From an uncultured virus (IMG/VR IMGVR_UViG_3300041964_000150) (taxonomy: Duplodnaviria; Heunggongvirae; Uroviricota; Caudoviricetes): a stretch of DNA of 20,000 nt. The notes below the pieces were generated by a model, which searched no databases, had not been told where the DNA came from, and saw only the letters and a program-made list of their open reading frames with translations. The stretch is taken from the IMG/VR virus record IMGVR_UViG_3300041964_000150. One strand, written 5' to 3'. A program made the translations under genes and the position numbers. Of this stretch, positions 1-8,853 are shown piece after piece (the first letter of the stretch is position 1; the number at the start of each line of letters is the position of its first letter).

Positions 1-587
1 TACCTTTACGCTCATAATGTGCCCGCAGCGCTGCTTTATTTTCCTCCACCTCAAAGAGGGCTTTATCTTGCTCGCGCACTGCCTGCTTCTGGACTTCTGG
101 ATCTTGACGCTGCGAAGCTTGAGCCGCCATCTTATCGAGCTGGATGAGCGATCGCCGCTGCATCAAATCGGTCGCCGCCTCTTTAAACAGCAGCAGTAAA
201 TCAACCTCTAAATCCAGCAGTGGATCACCCGTTGTACAGGCTGGCTGACGCTGCGGCGTAGCGTCGTCGCTTTCGCTGGCAGAACCAACCCTAGCAACTG
301 TTCTAAGCCGGAACGTTCTAGGGGCACCTCTCCGCCGACAAAAAGCACCAGCGCGATCGACTGGTGAGTGCTTCTGGCTCGAAGGCTGGCTCGGTCAGCG
401 CTGCCAGCTTGCGATAGTACATCTCCAGCAGCGGATACAAAGTCATTTCGAGTTCGAGCATCGATCGATCGATGCCCTGCAATTGCCCCTGCATCTCTTG
501 GTAGTAGGCAAACGCGATCGCATGGCGAGCCATTGGAATGAAGACTAGATCGAAGTTGCGATCGGTGTATTCGAGCCGGAAAAACAT
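1..587 (-). pseudogene. Probable tail assembly chaperone-like gene, split over three frames and running off the left edge
   Basis: Directly downstream of the putative tail tube. Frame 1 from ATG 587 (MFFRLEYTDRNFDLV...EPEALTSRSRWCF). Protein-like sequence continues in a second frame (FVGGEVPLERSGLEQLLG) and a third (GSASESDD...TTGDPLLDLEVDLLLLFKEAATDLMQRR...AHYERKG) to the window edge. Function inferred from position only. Confidence 0.45.
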
Positions 588-588
588 A

Positions 589-615
589 CAAAAAAGCACC
601 TCGATTTGAGGTGCT
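589..615 (-). terminator. Rho-independent terminator after tail tube gene
   Basis: AGCACCTC-5 nt-GAGGTGCT perfect stem (595-615) followed on the minus strand by a T run, about 20 nt after the 635 stop. Confidence 0.75.
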
Positions 616-634
616 GTAGGAGATTAGCAGAAGC

Positions 635-1450
635 CTAACAAACAACTTTGAGCGCGATATCTTCGATATCCCAACCCAAGCCCGATCGCGAACCACCATA
701 CGGCAGAATCCGCAGGTTGATGGTGCGCTTGCTGTCAGCAGTGAGACTTGCGCCATAGTCAAGCGAGCATTGATGCGCAGAGAATTCCTTTGCCAAGCCG
801 TCGAAGGTGACGCCCGTTAGGAAAACCCCGACCAGTCCCATGATCTCGTTAGACATCACAGTTGCATTTGCTGCCACGACAGGCACGCGCCCGTAGATCG
901 TGTAACCCGTTGCTGCCAGTTCAGGGCTGAGCGTGATCGCCAAGCCTGCACCGATGACCATTTCATCGCCAGTCGGATCGGCATCGACGATCGCGATTTC
1001 CTTAGATAGTCGGGTTGCTGGGTCGATGTAGTAAGCCGTCGCTCCAGACTCCGCTGTTTGAGCAGTCACCTGACCGCCATGCTCGCCCGTAGCCTTGGCC
1101 GCGATCGTCGTATTGGTTGCGACCACATGAAACAGTACGTGAGTCGGTGCGTTGGCAACTGACTTCACAACGCGCCCGTGAATGAGCTGTTCCAGTTCCG
1201 GTCCAACCGTATCAAAGGTGAGCTTAAGTTTAGGTAGCGTTTCTTCAGGAAACGTGAATGCGGTTTGCAGTGGACCTGTGCAGGTTCGCTGCTTCAGTTC
1301 TCCCAGGTTTACGCCTGGATCGAGTTCGACATCGCTGGGAGGAATCAGAATCGATAGCGGCTTGGGAGTTTGCACCGGGGGGGTGCCTGCCAAGACGTAT
1401 CGGCGGATAAAGCACTTGGTAATCGTTCTAAAGCCGTAAAATCCAGTCAT
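635..1450 (-). CDS. Putative major tail tube protein
   Basis: 271-aa clean ORF, rich in T/A/G/V, with its own terminator and followed by a chaperone-like gene. Positional inference. Confidence 0.55.
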   Translation of the reverse strand: MTGFYGFRTITKCFIRRYVLAGTPPVQTPKPLSILIPPSDVELDPGVNLGELKQRTCTGPLQTAFTFPEETLPKLKLTFDTVGPELEQLIHGRVVKSVANAPTHVLFHVVATNTTIAAKATGEHGGQVTAQTAESGATAYYIDPATRLSKEIAIVDADPTGDEMVIGAGLAITLSPELAATGYTIYGRVPVVAANATVMSNEIMGLVGVFLTGVTFDGLAKEFSAHQCSLDYGASLTADSKRTINLRILPYGGSRSGLGWDIEDIALKVVC

Positions 1451-1662
1451 AGTGCATTAAGGGGTAGGGTTGCGTTTGCGAGCTGCACCGCTGAGTCTGC
1501 TGCGGGGCACGCCTGCGGTGATCAGAAATTGGTCAAGATCGATAGTTCCAGCGAGTTCACAGCGCTGCTGTCTGCCTCATCAAGGGCATATCGGGACAAC
1601 TCCTTTAGATGGTTTGTAGCGTCTCACTCGGAGCATCCCGATCGCGCACGGGCAGCGTTGTG

Positions 1663-1690
1663 CTTAGGATTCCCATGCGGGCAAGCTAAG
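1663..1690. promoter_or_regulatory. Back-to-back pair of GGGMAnnCTRR boxes (candidate late promoters)
   Basis: GGGAATCCTAAG on - (1674-1663) and GGGCAAGCTAAG on + (1679-1690), facing the divergent genes starting at 1450(-) and 1707(+). Confidence 0.6.
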
Positions 1691-1706
1691 TTAAAAACCG
1701 CTCATC

Positions 1707-2108
1707 ATGCCGAAAAACCTCAACCAGCGATTGCGCCACATCGATCGCCGTTCTGCCAGCGTCGATCGCCGCCTCGGTTTCCTGTCAATGCGCCTCTACT
1801 TTCAACCGCTCGATGGTGCCAGAGTCGAGGTCAGCATCTTTGCTGCTGCGGACCTGGGCACCAGCGCAAAGAACCAGAAAACAGGCGAAGAAGTGACCGC
1901 ACATCGCTACCGTTTCAGCGTCGATCGCGATTGGCTGGATCAATACGCTGGTGTTATTGGCGTTTGGTCGATCGCCCCTGAAGGCGAGCCGCCGCTAGAA
2001 TCAACACTTGAAGATCAAACCATTGCCGACGAAGGTACAGACGGCGTGCTAGTGTTTCGCATCGATCTGCAATCGTCGTTCATCCTGCCGGAGATTCCCC
2101 CACTGTGA
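1707..2108 (+). CDS. Hypothetical phage protein, possibly head-closure/head-tail joining type
   Basis: 133-aa ORF with ATG 16 nt after the conserved box. GTGA overlap with the next ORF. Size and alternating hydrophobic pattern fit a head-completion protein. Confidence 0.55.
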   Translation: MPKNLNQRLRHIDRRSASVDRRLGFLSMRLYFQPLDGARVEVSIFAAADLGTSAKNQKTGEEVTAHRYRFSVDRDWLDQYAGVIGVWSIAPEGEPPLESTLEDQTIADEGTDGVLVFRIDLQSSFILPEIPPL

Positions 2109-2464
2109 CCAGTCCCTACGCCAAGCCTGCTGCTGACTCTGCGATCGCCGCCTGCAAAGCTCTAACGACTGTCCTCGATCTGCCGTCTGCATGGGGCACG
2201 GGTGAGCCGATCGCTGGTGAACGAACCGGAATGCTGGCCGCGCAGGTGTTCAGCGATGGTCCCGGTGCTGAGAAGTGGATCGATTGCCTGTTTGTTGCTA
2301 AGGCCGCATTCACGATTATTGGGCAGCAATGCGCTGGAGTACAGAAACGGGATGAACCTCGATCACGAACTGCCGCGATTAACACTGCCCTTTGCAAAGG
2401 GTTTGAGCCGCTTAGAGAAGACTGGCCGGATTACGATCGGCAACCCCAGAGCGCTGCTGCCTGA
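2105..2464 (+). CDS. Hypothetical protein
   Basis: 119-aa ORF coupled to the previous gene by a GTGA overlap and followed by a hairpin. Confidence 0.55.
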   Translation: MTSPYAKPAADSAIAACKALTTVLDLPSAWGTGEPIAGERTGMLAAQVFSDGPGAEKWIDCLFVAKAAFTIIGQQCAGVQKRDEPRSRTAAINTALCKGFEPLREDWPDYDRQPQSAAA

Positions 2465-2562
2465 ATCGAAGCAACAGCAGTCTAAAGCTTGGGTAACTGA
2501 GGTAGTCTGCCCCTGCCGCCTGGTGTTCGTTTTCCATCGCGACGTAATTTGCGGCCACCAAT

Positions 2563-2597
2563 AAAAAGCGATCGCTCAGACTAGAGGCGATCGCTTT
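2563..2597. terminator. Terminator hairpin between convergent genes, with the stem built from two HIP1 sites
   Basis: AAAGCGATCGC-11 nt-GCGATCGCTTT. T tract on the minus strand (TTTTTATT), shorter one on plus. Confidence 0.65.
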
Positions 2598-2656
2598 GAT
2601 GCGTGTTGCTGTGATGTAGCGATGCCTTATTTTGGCTGATTTTGGCAAATTTCGCT

Positions 2657-3086
2657 TTATATCAGCGTCAGGTTGCTGTTGGGCAAAGCCCGAACAGGTA
2701 GACGAAATTCGATCGCCCAAATGTTGAGACGATCGATTTGTTCGCTGTTAAATCGGCTGCTCAAGCCCAATATCGCTTGATTCCAGTAGTTCATAAGTCG
2801 CTGAGCGTTGATGCCATCCACGATCGAGCGCTTGCCAAACTCAACAGCGAGCCAGGTTAGCACGGGCGATTGTGAACTCATGAGTTGCATGGCAATATCA
2901 GACACCTCAAACCGTGTAAAAAATCCGTTCCAGTCGGGCGGATTGGGCACTACAGGATTCAGAAACGCTTGCATCTTGGATCGTCATCTGTGCGACAAAT
3001 TCCCAAAGCTCCGCCTCTGCGGTCGGAGGGGCAACTTGCGCATAGCCGATCGGATTGCCAGCCGCATCATATTTTCCGAAAGGCAT
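2657..3086 (-). pseudogene. Small tail-fibre-associated protein, frameshifted near 2975-2990
   Basis: ATG 3086 overlaps the upstream stop (TAATG). MPFGKYDAAGNPIGYAQ...ELWEFVA joins via DDDPR (another frame) to QAFLNPVVPNPPDWNGFF...NLTLI of ORF 2657-2974. Confidence 0.55.
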
Positions 3087-3854
3087 TAGTTCCACGCTCC
3101 TCTAGGATGGATAAACCCTTGGGTCTGATAGTTGACTGTTGTACCAGAAGCGGTCACATACAAACGCACTTGACCACTGATATTCGTCTGCACCTCAAAC
3201 GGAATTCTTGAATATCGTTAGTCGTGCTTGGATGACACACGCTAAAAGCGCGGGCTGGGGCATCGGGCGAGCCTGTAATAAGAGCCGATGTTGAGGTCGT
3301 ATGCACCATATCCACGATGCCGAGGGCGATCACTCGAATTCCTGTTGGAACGGTAAGCGCTTGGAGGTTGGTGGTTGCTGTTGGGGCAGGGTTGGCAAAC
3401 GTAATCAGAGATGGATCCGCTCCACCAGAAAGGTCGCCGATCTGCACAAAGCTCATGATGTTGCTGCTGACATCGTGCGGATCGATCCGATGATTCGCGC
3501 ACTCCAGCCGCTCGGAGCGTTCGCGCCTGTTGCGCTGGTATCAAATCCCAAAGTCGATCGCCCCATCACTCGATCGCCGAATGATGAAGACGTGATAGGT
3601 CGTATTAGCAGCGCGTACGCCTGAGAACAAGCCGCCGCTGCCAGCTGCCGCTCGCCCAGTTCGCGCTGATTCGCTTGGTCATGACCGATCCGCTATCGCA
3701 ATATAGCGATCGCTACCTGCTGCAACGATCGCCCGACCAGGCGCAATATCAGATCCGTACTAGGCAGCGCACTGTTGCGCGATAGCGTTAGATCTTCCGG
3801 TGAGCCGATCGGGAGTGATAGTAAGCTGCGGTTGATTGCGTTTTGAAATGGCAT
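3086..3854 (-). pseudogene. Tail fibre-like protein with multiple frameshifts
   Basis: Manual cross-frame reading: MPFQNAINRSLLSLPIG...IAPGRAIVAAG...MTKRISANWASG..GSGGLFSGVRAANTTYHVFIIRRSSDGAIDFG/FDTSATGANAPSGWSARIIGSIRT/DVSSNIMSFVQIGD...IPFEVQTNISGQVRLYV...GFIHPRGAWN*. ATG is adjacent to the 3855 stop. About six frame changes are needed. Confidence 0.65.
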
Positions 3855-4934
3855 TTACACTACGTCGATATTTCCGATCGAGCCAACCACCTGCCAGATT
3901 GTACTCGCAGCGATACACAGCAGATCAACACAGTCGCGGCTATGCGTTGAATCCAACCTCCCCCCTGTACCTGCGGTACTGGAAACATCGCCAAATACAA
4001 TCTGCTGGCCTGCATTCTGGGCAATCCGCCAGCCGCCTGCACCCTGACCAACAACACGGATCACGGTGTCTACTACTGCGGTGGTAGGTAAGGTGAGCGT
4101 TACCAGTGCGGCATTATTGGCGCGATAGCCATTGTTGGGAGCGATCGCCTGAGTGGTGCCCGTCACTGCGGTAAACGGCAACGGCACAAAAGGTATTGCT
4201 TGCCAGCTTTGATCGCCGCGCAGAAAGGTGCCACTGTTGGCCGTGCCGCTGCCTAATCGGGCAGTGGCGATCGTGCCCGAAACGATATCAGCAGCGGTGA
4301 TCGTCGTGTCGCCAATGCTGATCCAGTTCGCATCTGTTGTTGCGGGCAGCGTCGATAAAATGTAGCTCAAGCCGTTATCGGTCTGCTTGGCAACGTCACC
4401 CACCTGTACATTAGACAGCGCTAGACGCGCTGCCTGATCTGCGACCACTTGAATGCTAGTGAGCGCAATTGCGGGAATAACCGAAACCGCAAGCTGTCCA
4501 TTGCTGTCCAGTACAGGCACGTTTCCGGCTGCCGTGCCCGTGCTGGCCGTTGCCGCTGTGCCCAATCCCAACAGCGATCGCCCTGTTGTGGCGTCCAGCT
4601 CCTCAATTAGTCCAGCTCCGCTGCTGTTGCGTCCGAGCAATCGCCCTGACGCCGAAACGTTTTGGATTTTGGCGTAGGAAACCGCATTCGCGGCGATCGT
4701 GGGATTGGGGTAGGTTCCCGTCAGGTCGCCGCCTGCGTTGCCAGTCGGGGGAACACCTGTCACCCAGGCAGGTATGCCGCCGCTAATCCCCAAAATGCTG
4801 CCAGCGATGCCGATTTGTAGACGCGCTAGAAAGCCGTTGCTGTCTCGATAGTAAAGGTCGCCAGTTGCATCACTGCCGATCAGCGTTTCGATCGAGCCGC
4901 GCAACTGGTTGTTGAAGGCGTTTGCAATTACCAC
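3855..4934 (-). CDS. Tail fibre protein
   Basis: G/A/T/S-rich with fibre-type motifs (AGGDLTGTYPNPTI, LGLGTAAT..TGTAAGNVPVLDSNG, RLGSGTANSGTFLRGD). Likely GTG start at 4934 overlapping the upstream stop. Confidence 0.8.
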   Translation of the reverse strand: MVIANAFNNQLRGSIETLIGSDATGDLYYRDSNGFLARLQIGIAGSILGISGGIPAWVTGVPPTGNAGGDLTGTYPNPTIAANAVSYAKIQNVSASGRLLGRNSSGAGLIEELDATTGRSLLGLGTAATASTGTAAGNVPVLDSNGQLAVSVIPAIALTSIQVVADQAARLALSNVQVGDVAKQTDNGLSYILSTLPATTDANWISIGDTTITAADIVSGTIATARLGSGTANSGTFLRGDQSWQAIPFVPLPFTAVTGTTQAIAPNNGYRANNAALVTLTLPTTAVVDTVIRVVGQGAGGWRIAQNAGQQIVFGDVSSTAGTGGRLDSTHSRDCVDLLCIAASTIWQVVGSIGNIDVV

Positions 4935-5458
4935 AGGTCTAAGTGTCCGTAAATAGTAGTGGCACACCAGCGCTCAGCGCTCAGCGCCACGATTTCAACT
5001 TGTGCGCTCGGTTCGATCGAGTCGATGCGGCCAGTGATGCCGACTGACGTTGCCACGTTTCCGGCCTGAACCTGCTGATCGGCGTTCTGCGTGATTCGCC
5101 AACCACCTGCGCCCTGACCAATTAACCGAATGCGATCGCCAATTGCAGGGTTGATCGGCAGATTCAGCAGCAGCAGGATCGGGGAATCGAGAACGTAAGC
5201 GTGATTACTCTGCATCTGATGAGATGCGCTCAACGTCTGCCAGGTAAAGCTTGTACTGCTATCCTGTCCGTTGCGCCCTGGTGGTCCCTGGATGCCAACT
5301 TGCAGCGTTTGTATGGGCTGCGGCTCGACATCAACTTGCAGCAGTTGTGGGGTCGTTAGAAGCTGTACGGTCTGGGGGTCAACTTCAACCGTTGCCGACT
5401 GCTGTACAACCTGAATTTGAGTAATCTGCGGCTGAACAACAATGATCGGATCAGGCAT
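4928..5458 (-). CDS. Tail fibre/baseplate-associated protein
   Basis: 176 aa. V/Q-rich N-terminus, short collagen-like GIQGPPGRNG, and a C-terminal domain paralogous to that of the next gene (GQGAGGWRIxQNA). Confidence 0.7.
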   Translation of the reverse strand: MPDPIIVVQPQITQIQVVQQSATVEVDPQTVQLLTTPQLLQVDVEPQPIQTLQVGIQGPPGRNGQDSSTSFTWQTLSASHQMQSNHAYVLDSPILLLLNLPINPAIGDRIRLIGQGAGGWRITQNADQQVQAGNVATSVGITGRIDSIEPSAQVEIVALSAERWCATTIYGHLDLW

Positions 5459-5768
5459 AGATTTCGACCGTTCCCGCAGCTTTCAAGGTGCGCTGCTGCG
5501 CAACCTCCCAGAACAGTCGCCATCGGTAGGTAGCCGCTGGCAGGCTGAGGATGGCTGCGCGAGACATTAGCAGCATAATTTTGCCGCTGGTGGGAGCTGG
5601 CACCCAAACGGTCATCGCCCCAACAACTACATCCCGTCGCAGAATTTCGACCTCAAAGCTGTAATCCGTCAGATCGATCGGCAGTTGATTGGCCTGCTTG
5701 AACTCCAGCGGCAGCGAAAAATCAGCCCCGTGATGTAGTGCTAAATTGACCGTCGCTTGATCTGACAT
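5451..5768 (-). CDS. Baseplate/fibre-attachment Ig-like protein (BppU N-terminal-like)
   Basis: 105 aa with the pattern GADFSLPLEF...PIDLTDY..., G.I.L.MSRAAILSL...YRWRL...G.VEI, typical of small beta-sandwich proteins preceding fibre genes. Confidence 0.6.
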   Translation of the reverse strand: MSDQATVNLALHHGADFSLPLEFKQANQLPIDLTDYSFEVEILRRDVVVGAMTVWVPAPTSGKIMLLMSRAAILSLPAATYRWRLFWEVAQQRTLKAAGTVEIYA

Positions 5769-5771
5769 AAG

Positions 5772-6140
5772 TTAGCCCAGAGGGGTGCGGTTAGAGGCAG
5801 ACTGCGATCGAATCAGAACCCCAGTGAAGGGATAGAGCCGATTTTGCAGATTCTCGATGAAGCTGCGATGCCGGAAAGAGTAGCCGTTGCGATCGATGCG
5901 GCTTGAATCGAGGGCAACGCCTTCGTATTCCGCCAAAATCTCCCCAACCCGATTAACCTGACTTTCATCTCGGTTGATTGCAAGAATTGCTGCGGCCAGG
6001 TGTTCGCGTGGCGCCTGAACGAACTCACTCAGCGGGGGAGCTGAAGATAAGCCGTTTTGTCCGATCGTCAGCGTCTCCGCGCGATACGGAATGCCGTAGA
6101 TCTCATGCAGCAGCGTTTCTTGCTTCTCACTCAGGGGCAT
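5772..6140 (-). CDS. Putative head-tail connector/adaptor
   Basis: Helical ~122-aa protein (likely start MPLSEKQETLL at 6140), two genes after the capsid. Positional inference. Confidence 0.5.
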   Translation of the reverse strand: MPLSEKQETLLHEIYGIPYRAETLTIGQNGLSSAPPLSEFVQAPREHLAAAILAINRDESQVNRVGEILAEYEGVALDSSRIDRNGYSFRHRSFIENLQNRLYPFTGVLIRSQSASNRTPLG

Positions 6141-6471
6141 CGGTGCCAAACTCCAAACGATCGACAAACTTCATCCAGCTCGCGCCATTCGGCAAAGGTA
6201 CGCGCTCGATCAAGTCTTCGATCGCAGCGTAGGGGCGATTATCTTTCAGCGTCTTGACCGTTGCCGTGCCGATGCCGTCGAGCAGTTTGGCAATGCGGCT
6301 GGGGCTGTCAGTGTTGACGTTGACTTTTTCAGGCGCAACAACGGTTGCAGTAACGATCGGGGTTGCGGCTGGATCAGGGCGCCGATAACCCTGCGCCAGA
6401 AAACTATTAACCTCACCATTGGGGACGCGCCGAGGCTCACCACTGGGGGAATTGAGCAGAACGAAGGACAT
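6127..6471 (-). CDS. Helix-hairpin-helix (ComEA-type) domain protein
   Basis: KVNVNTDSPSRIAKLLDGIGTATVKTLKDNRPYAAIEDL matches the INxA...L.GIG...I...RPY...EDL HhH signature. Confidence 0.8.
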   Translation of the reverse strand: MSFVLLNSPSGEPRRVPNGEVNSFLAQGYRRPDPAATPIVTATVVAPEKVNVNTDSPSRIAKLLDGIGTATVKTLKDNRPYAAIEDLIERVPLPNGASWMKFVDRLEFGTDAPE

Positions 6472-6486
6472 AACGACAAATCCCAG

Positions 6487-6521
6487 ATAAAGAAATTTGC
6501 CGCCCGCAGTCGGACGGCAAA
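6487..6521 (-). terminator. Rho-independent terminator after major capsid gene
   Basis: Minus strand TTTGCCGTCCG-ACTG-CGGGCGGCAAA then TTTCTTTAT, 10 nt after the capsid stop. Confidence 0.7.
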
Positions 6522-6531
6522 GGATGAGCAG

Positions 6532-7866
6532 TTAGAGCGAGAGCATCAAGCAGGCTTTGCGGTAGTCGGTGATCTTCGCGCCCATCAGCAGCGAAGCGAC
6601 ACGCGACTCGCGGAAGCGAGTTACATCGAAGCTACCCGACCAAACTTGCAGCGCTACGTTTGTCCCTTCTTGTACCTGGGTGACGGCTGTTGCACCGCTG
6701 CCTTCGCTCGGTGGCTCCATCATGCGGGTTGAGTAAACCAGCGCTTCACGATGGTGTGCGATCGAGATCGAGGGAATCATCGGAATCGAGAACTTATCAA
6801 CAGCCGGATTGATTTGAGCCGCAACAAGCTGCTGACCCTTCATCGAGAACGGCACAATGTAGACGGTCTTGGTCGCCAGATTGACGCGCAAAACAATACC
6901 GTAAGCCTTGGCGTTTCCTGCGGTCGGACCAATGCGAGCAATGTCACCGACTGCAACGTTTTGCAGTGCGCCTGTCGTTCCCAGAGTCAGGACGATCGCG
7001 CCCAGTGAGGTGCGATTAGCGAAATCGCCTGCAACAAAGAAGGATTGACCACCGTTAGCCGTGTCTGAAACTGCGCTAGCGATATCAACAGCAGGTTGAT
7101 TAGAAGCCGCGCCATCCAGATCGGTGCTGCCAACCTGCGATCCAATGGTGTTCGAGCCGCCGACCATGAAGCCGTAGCGAGGGAGGAACTGACCGATCGG
7201 CAAGCCTTGCTGTAGCAGCGTCGAACCACTGGCAATTGCTTCGAGGTAGCCAGCATCGACCGGGGTTGCTTCACCCAGAAAATCGCCCTTCGCTGTCGAG
7301 CTGATTTCAGCAAAGCGATTACCAGCGGGGACGTTTTCGCGATCGAGTACCGTACCTGCATGAATCAATGCGCTGCGATCGAATGAGGAGAGTTCACCGC
7401 TGCCGTTTTCGTTGGCAACACAGGCGATCGGTGCGTTGGAGCTGAAGGCAACTTCACCCGTCGAACTGTGGGTTGCGGTGCGGAATTTGTTGTACAGGTG
7501 CCCGTCGAACTTCGTCGCGATGCTCTGTGCGATCTGATCTGAGAAGTCCCGAACGTAGGTTGAGATTTTGAAGTCGCTGCTGAAAAGTGGGAAGCCGTTC
7601 GCCAGCAGTTTCTCTAGGGTGAGGTTGCCGCTGAGGTAGCCTGGTTGCGTCAAGTTCAGACCCGATCCAGTGCGGGGGTCATACTCTTGAGCTTCCGAGA
7701 TTTTCGGGCGCCGGAATTTAACAGTATCGCCAACTTCAAAACTGCCCTTTTCGTAGTCGCCCATGCTAGAGCGAGGAAACAAGGACATTAGATTGAGCTG
7801 AGTGAGTGACCGCATGGCGATCAACTCTTCAGGGATTAATGCTGCGGGTGCAAAGGTAACGGTCAT
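6532..7866 (-). CDS. Major capsid protein, P22 coat (gp5)-like
   Basis: Likely start MTVTFAP at 7866. Motifs GDTVKFRRP, IAQSIATKFD, A..VLDRENVP..NRF, R.GF.V..SN and SIAHHREALVYSTR recall P22-coat family capsids. Lies downstream of the scaffold and has its own terminator. Confidence 0.8.
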   Translation of the reverse strand: MTVTFAPAALIPEELIAMRSLTQLNLMSLFPRSSMGDYEKGSFEVGDTVKFRRPKISEAQEYDPRTGSGLNLTQPGYLSGNLTLEKLLANGFPLFSSDFKISTYVRDFSDQIAQSIATKFDGHLYNKFRTATHSSTGEVAFSSNAPIACVANENGSGELSSFDRSALIHAGTVLDRENVPAGNRFAEISSTAKGDFLGEATPVDAGYLEAIASGSTLLQQGLPIGQFLPRYGFMVGGSNTIGSQVGSTDLDGAASNQPAVDIASAVSDTANGGQSFFVAGDFANRTSLGAIVLTLGTTGALQNVAVGDIARIGPTAGNAKAYGIVLRVNLATKTVYIVPFSMKGQQLVAAQINPAVDKFSIPMIPSISIAHHREALVYSTRMMEPPSEGSGATAVTQVQEGTNVALQVWSGSFDVTRFRESRVASLLMGAKITDYRKACLMLSL

Positions 7867-7946
7867 GAGGGATGTCCATAGGTATCGGTTTGTAGTGCGT
7901 TCCGCTGGGGACATCCCTTTTAAGGCAAGGGCAGCCTTTCTCTGCT

Positions 7947-7958
7947 TCTAGGTTTCCC
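7947..7958 (-). promoter_or_regulatory. GGGMAnnCTRR box upstream of capsid
   Basis: GGGAAACCTAGA in the scaffold-capsid intergenic gap. Confidence 0.55.
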
Positions 7959-7969
7959 GATCGAGCAAC

Positions 7970-8788
7970 CTAAACTACACCGTCAAGCTGTGCAAGTAGC
8001 GTGTCAAGGTTGCCTGTGCGAGCCGCTTGCTGCATGGCGTCGCGATCGAGCGTTAAACCGTCTTGACCTTGCTTCAGCAGCGGTGATGTCGTGGGGGTTC
8101 CGGCTGGGGCTGGGCTAGCTGGAGTTCCACCCGTGCCCGTGCCAGGGCGAGGCGGCAGATAGTGTGACCAGCGCTGTTCAACCAGTTGTTGCAGTCCGTC
8201 AGTTGCAGGAATCAGCGTCTTGAAGCCGAGATTATCGGTTCCTTCTAACTTGAACTGATCGCCATCTTCATGAAGAATTTTCGCTCGCTTCATGTTGTCC
8301 AGCAATTCGCGCTCAGTCCCTTGGCGCACGAACTGCCGCAGGTTATCAAGAATTGGCTCATCCAGTTTGAGTAGTCGCGCTTCTTTCGCCATATCTTCCC
8401 GACTTTTGCGCTCATTCTCTACCGTGCTGCGAGCGGTTTTAACCTCTTCCTGCATCGCTTCAAGTTGGGCACGCATTTCAGCGATCGCTGCTTCTGACTC
8501 TGAAGGGGGTTTGCTGCCTGCTTCTTCTTCTTCTCTGGCGATTCTATCGAGCAGTGCTTCGAGTTGAGTGCTGACTACTCCGCCCAACTTGTCAGCGTCG
8601 AAGCTGCCTAGTTTCTCCTGAAGTGGAGCGATCTGGGTCTGAATCAGTTTAGGCATTTCGGTTTGCACCAAGCGGGCAGCCAAGCCGCTCAGTCCTTCAT
8701 TTTGCTGCTTGGTAACGGTTTCTACGACCGCACCGAGTTGGGACGAAATTAATTCCTTGAGCTGGGCTAGCTGTTGTTCGGTGAACAT
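7970..8788 (-). CDS. Capsid scaffolding protein
   Basis: Coiled-coil E/Q/K/L-rich ORF (likely start MFTEQQL at 8788) with a G/P/T-rich linker (PGTGTGGTP) near the C-terminus, directly upstream of the capsid. Confidence 0.7.
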   Translation of the reverse strand: MFTEQQLAQLKELISSQLGAVVETVTKQQNEGLSGLAARLVQTEMPKLIQTQIAPLQEKLGSFDADKLGGVVSTQLEALLDRIAREEEEAGSKPPSESEAAIAEMRAQLEAMQEEVKTARSTVENERKSREDMAKEARLLKLDEPILDNLRQFVRQGTERELLDNMKRAKILHEDGDQFKLEGTDNLGFKTLIPATDGLQQLVEQRWSHYLPPRPGTGTGGTPASPAPAGTPTTSPLLKQGQDGLTLDRDAMQQAARTGNLDTLLAQLDGVV

Positions 8789-8816
8789 AGGGGGGGAAAG
8801 GATGCAATGCAACGCT

Positions 8817-8850
8817 TCTAGCGTTCCCTGGTTTGACAGGGAATGCTAAA
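8817..8850. promoter_or_regulatory. Back-to-back pair of GGGMAnnCTRR boxes
   Basis: GGGAACGCTAGA on - (8828-8817) toward the scaffold and GGGAATGCTAAA on + (8839-8850), 3 nt before ATG 8854. Confidence 0.6.
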
Positions 8851-8853
8851 AAC

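Noticed and set aside
2491..2501. Ninth copy of the late box (GGGTAACTGAG)
   Set aside because: One base shorter than consensus, with no credible gene downstream before the terminator.
3855..5458. Diversity-generating retroelement VR/TR pair
   Set aside because: Similarity between the two C-termini is at protein level and diverged at all bases. No reverse transcriptase in the window.
6127..6471. Photosystem II PsbU auxiliary metabolic gene
   Set aside because: Shares only the generic HhH pattern. No signal peptide, and it sits in the head module.
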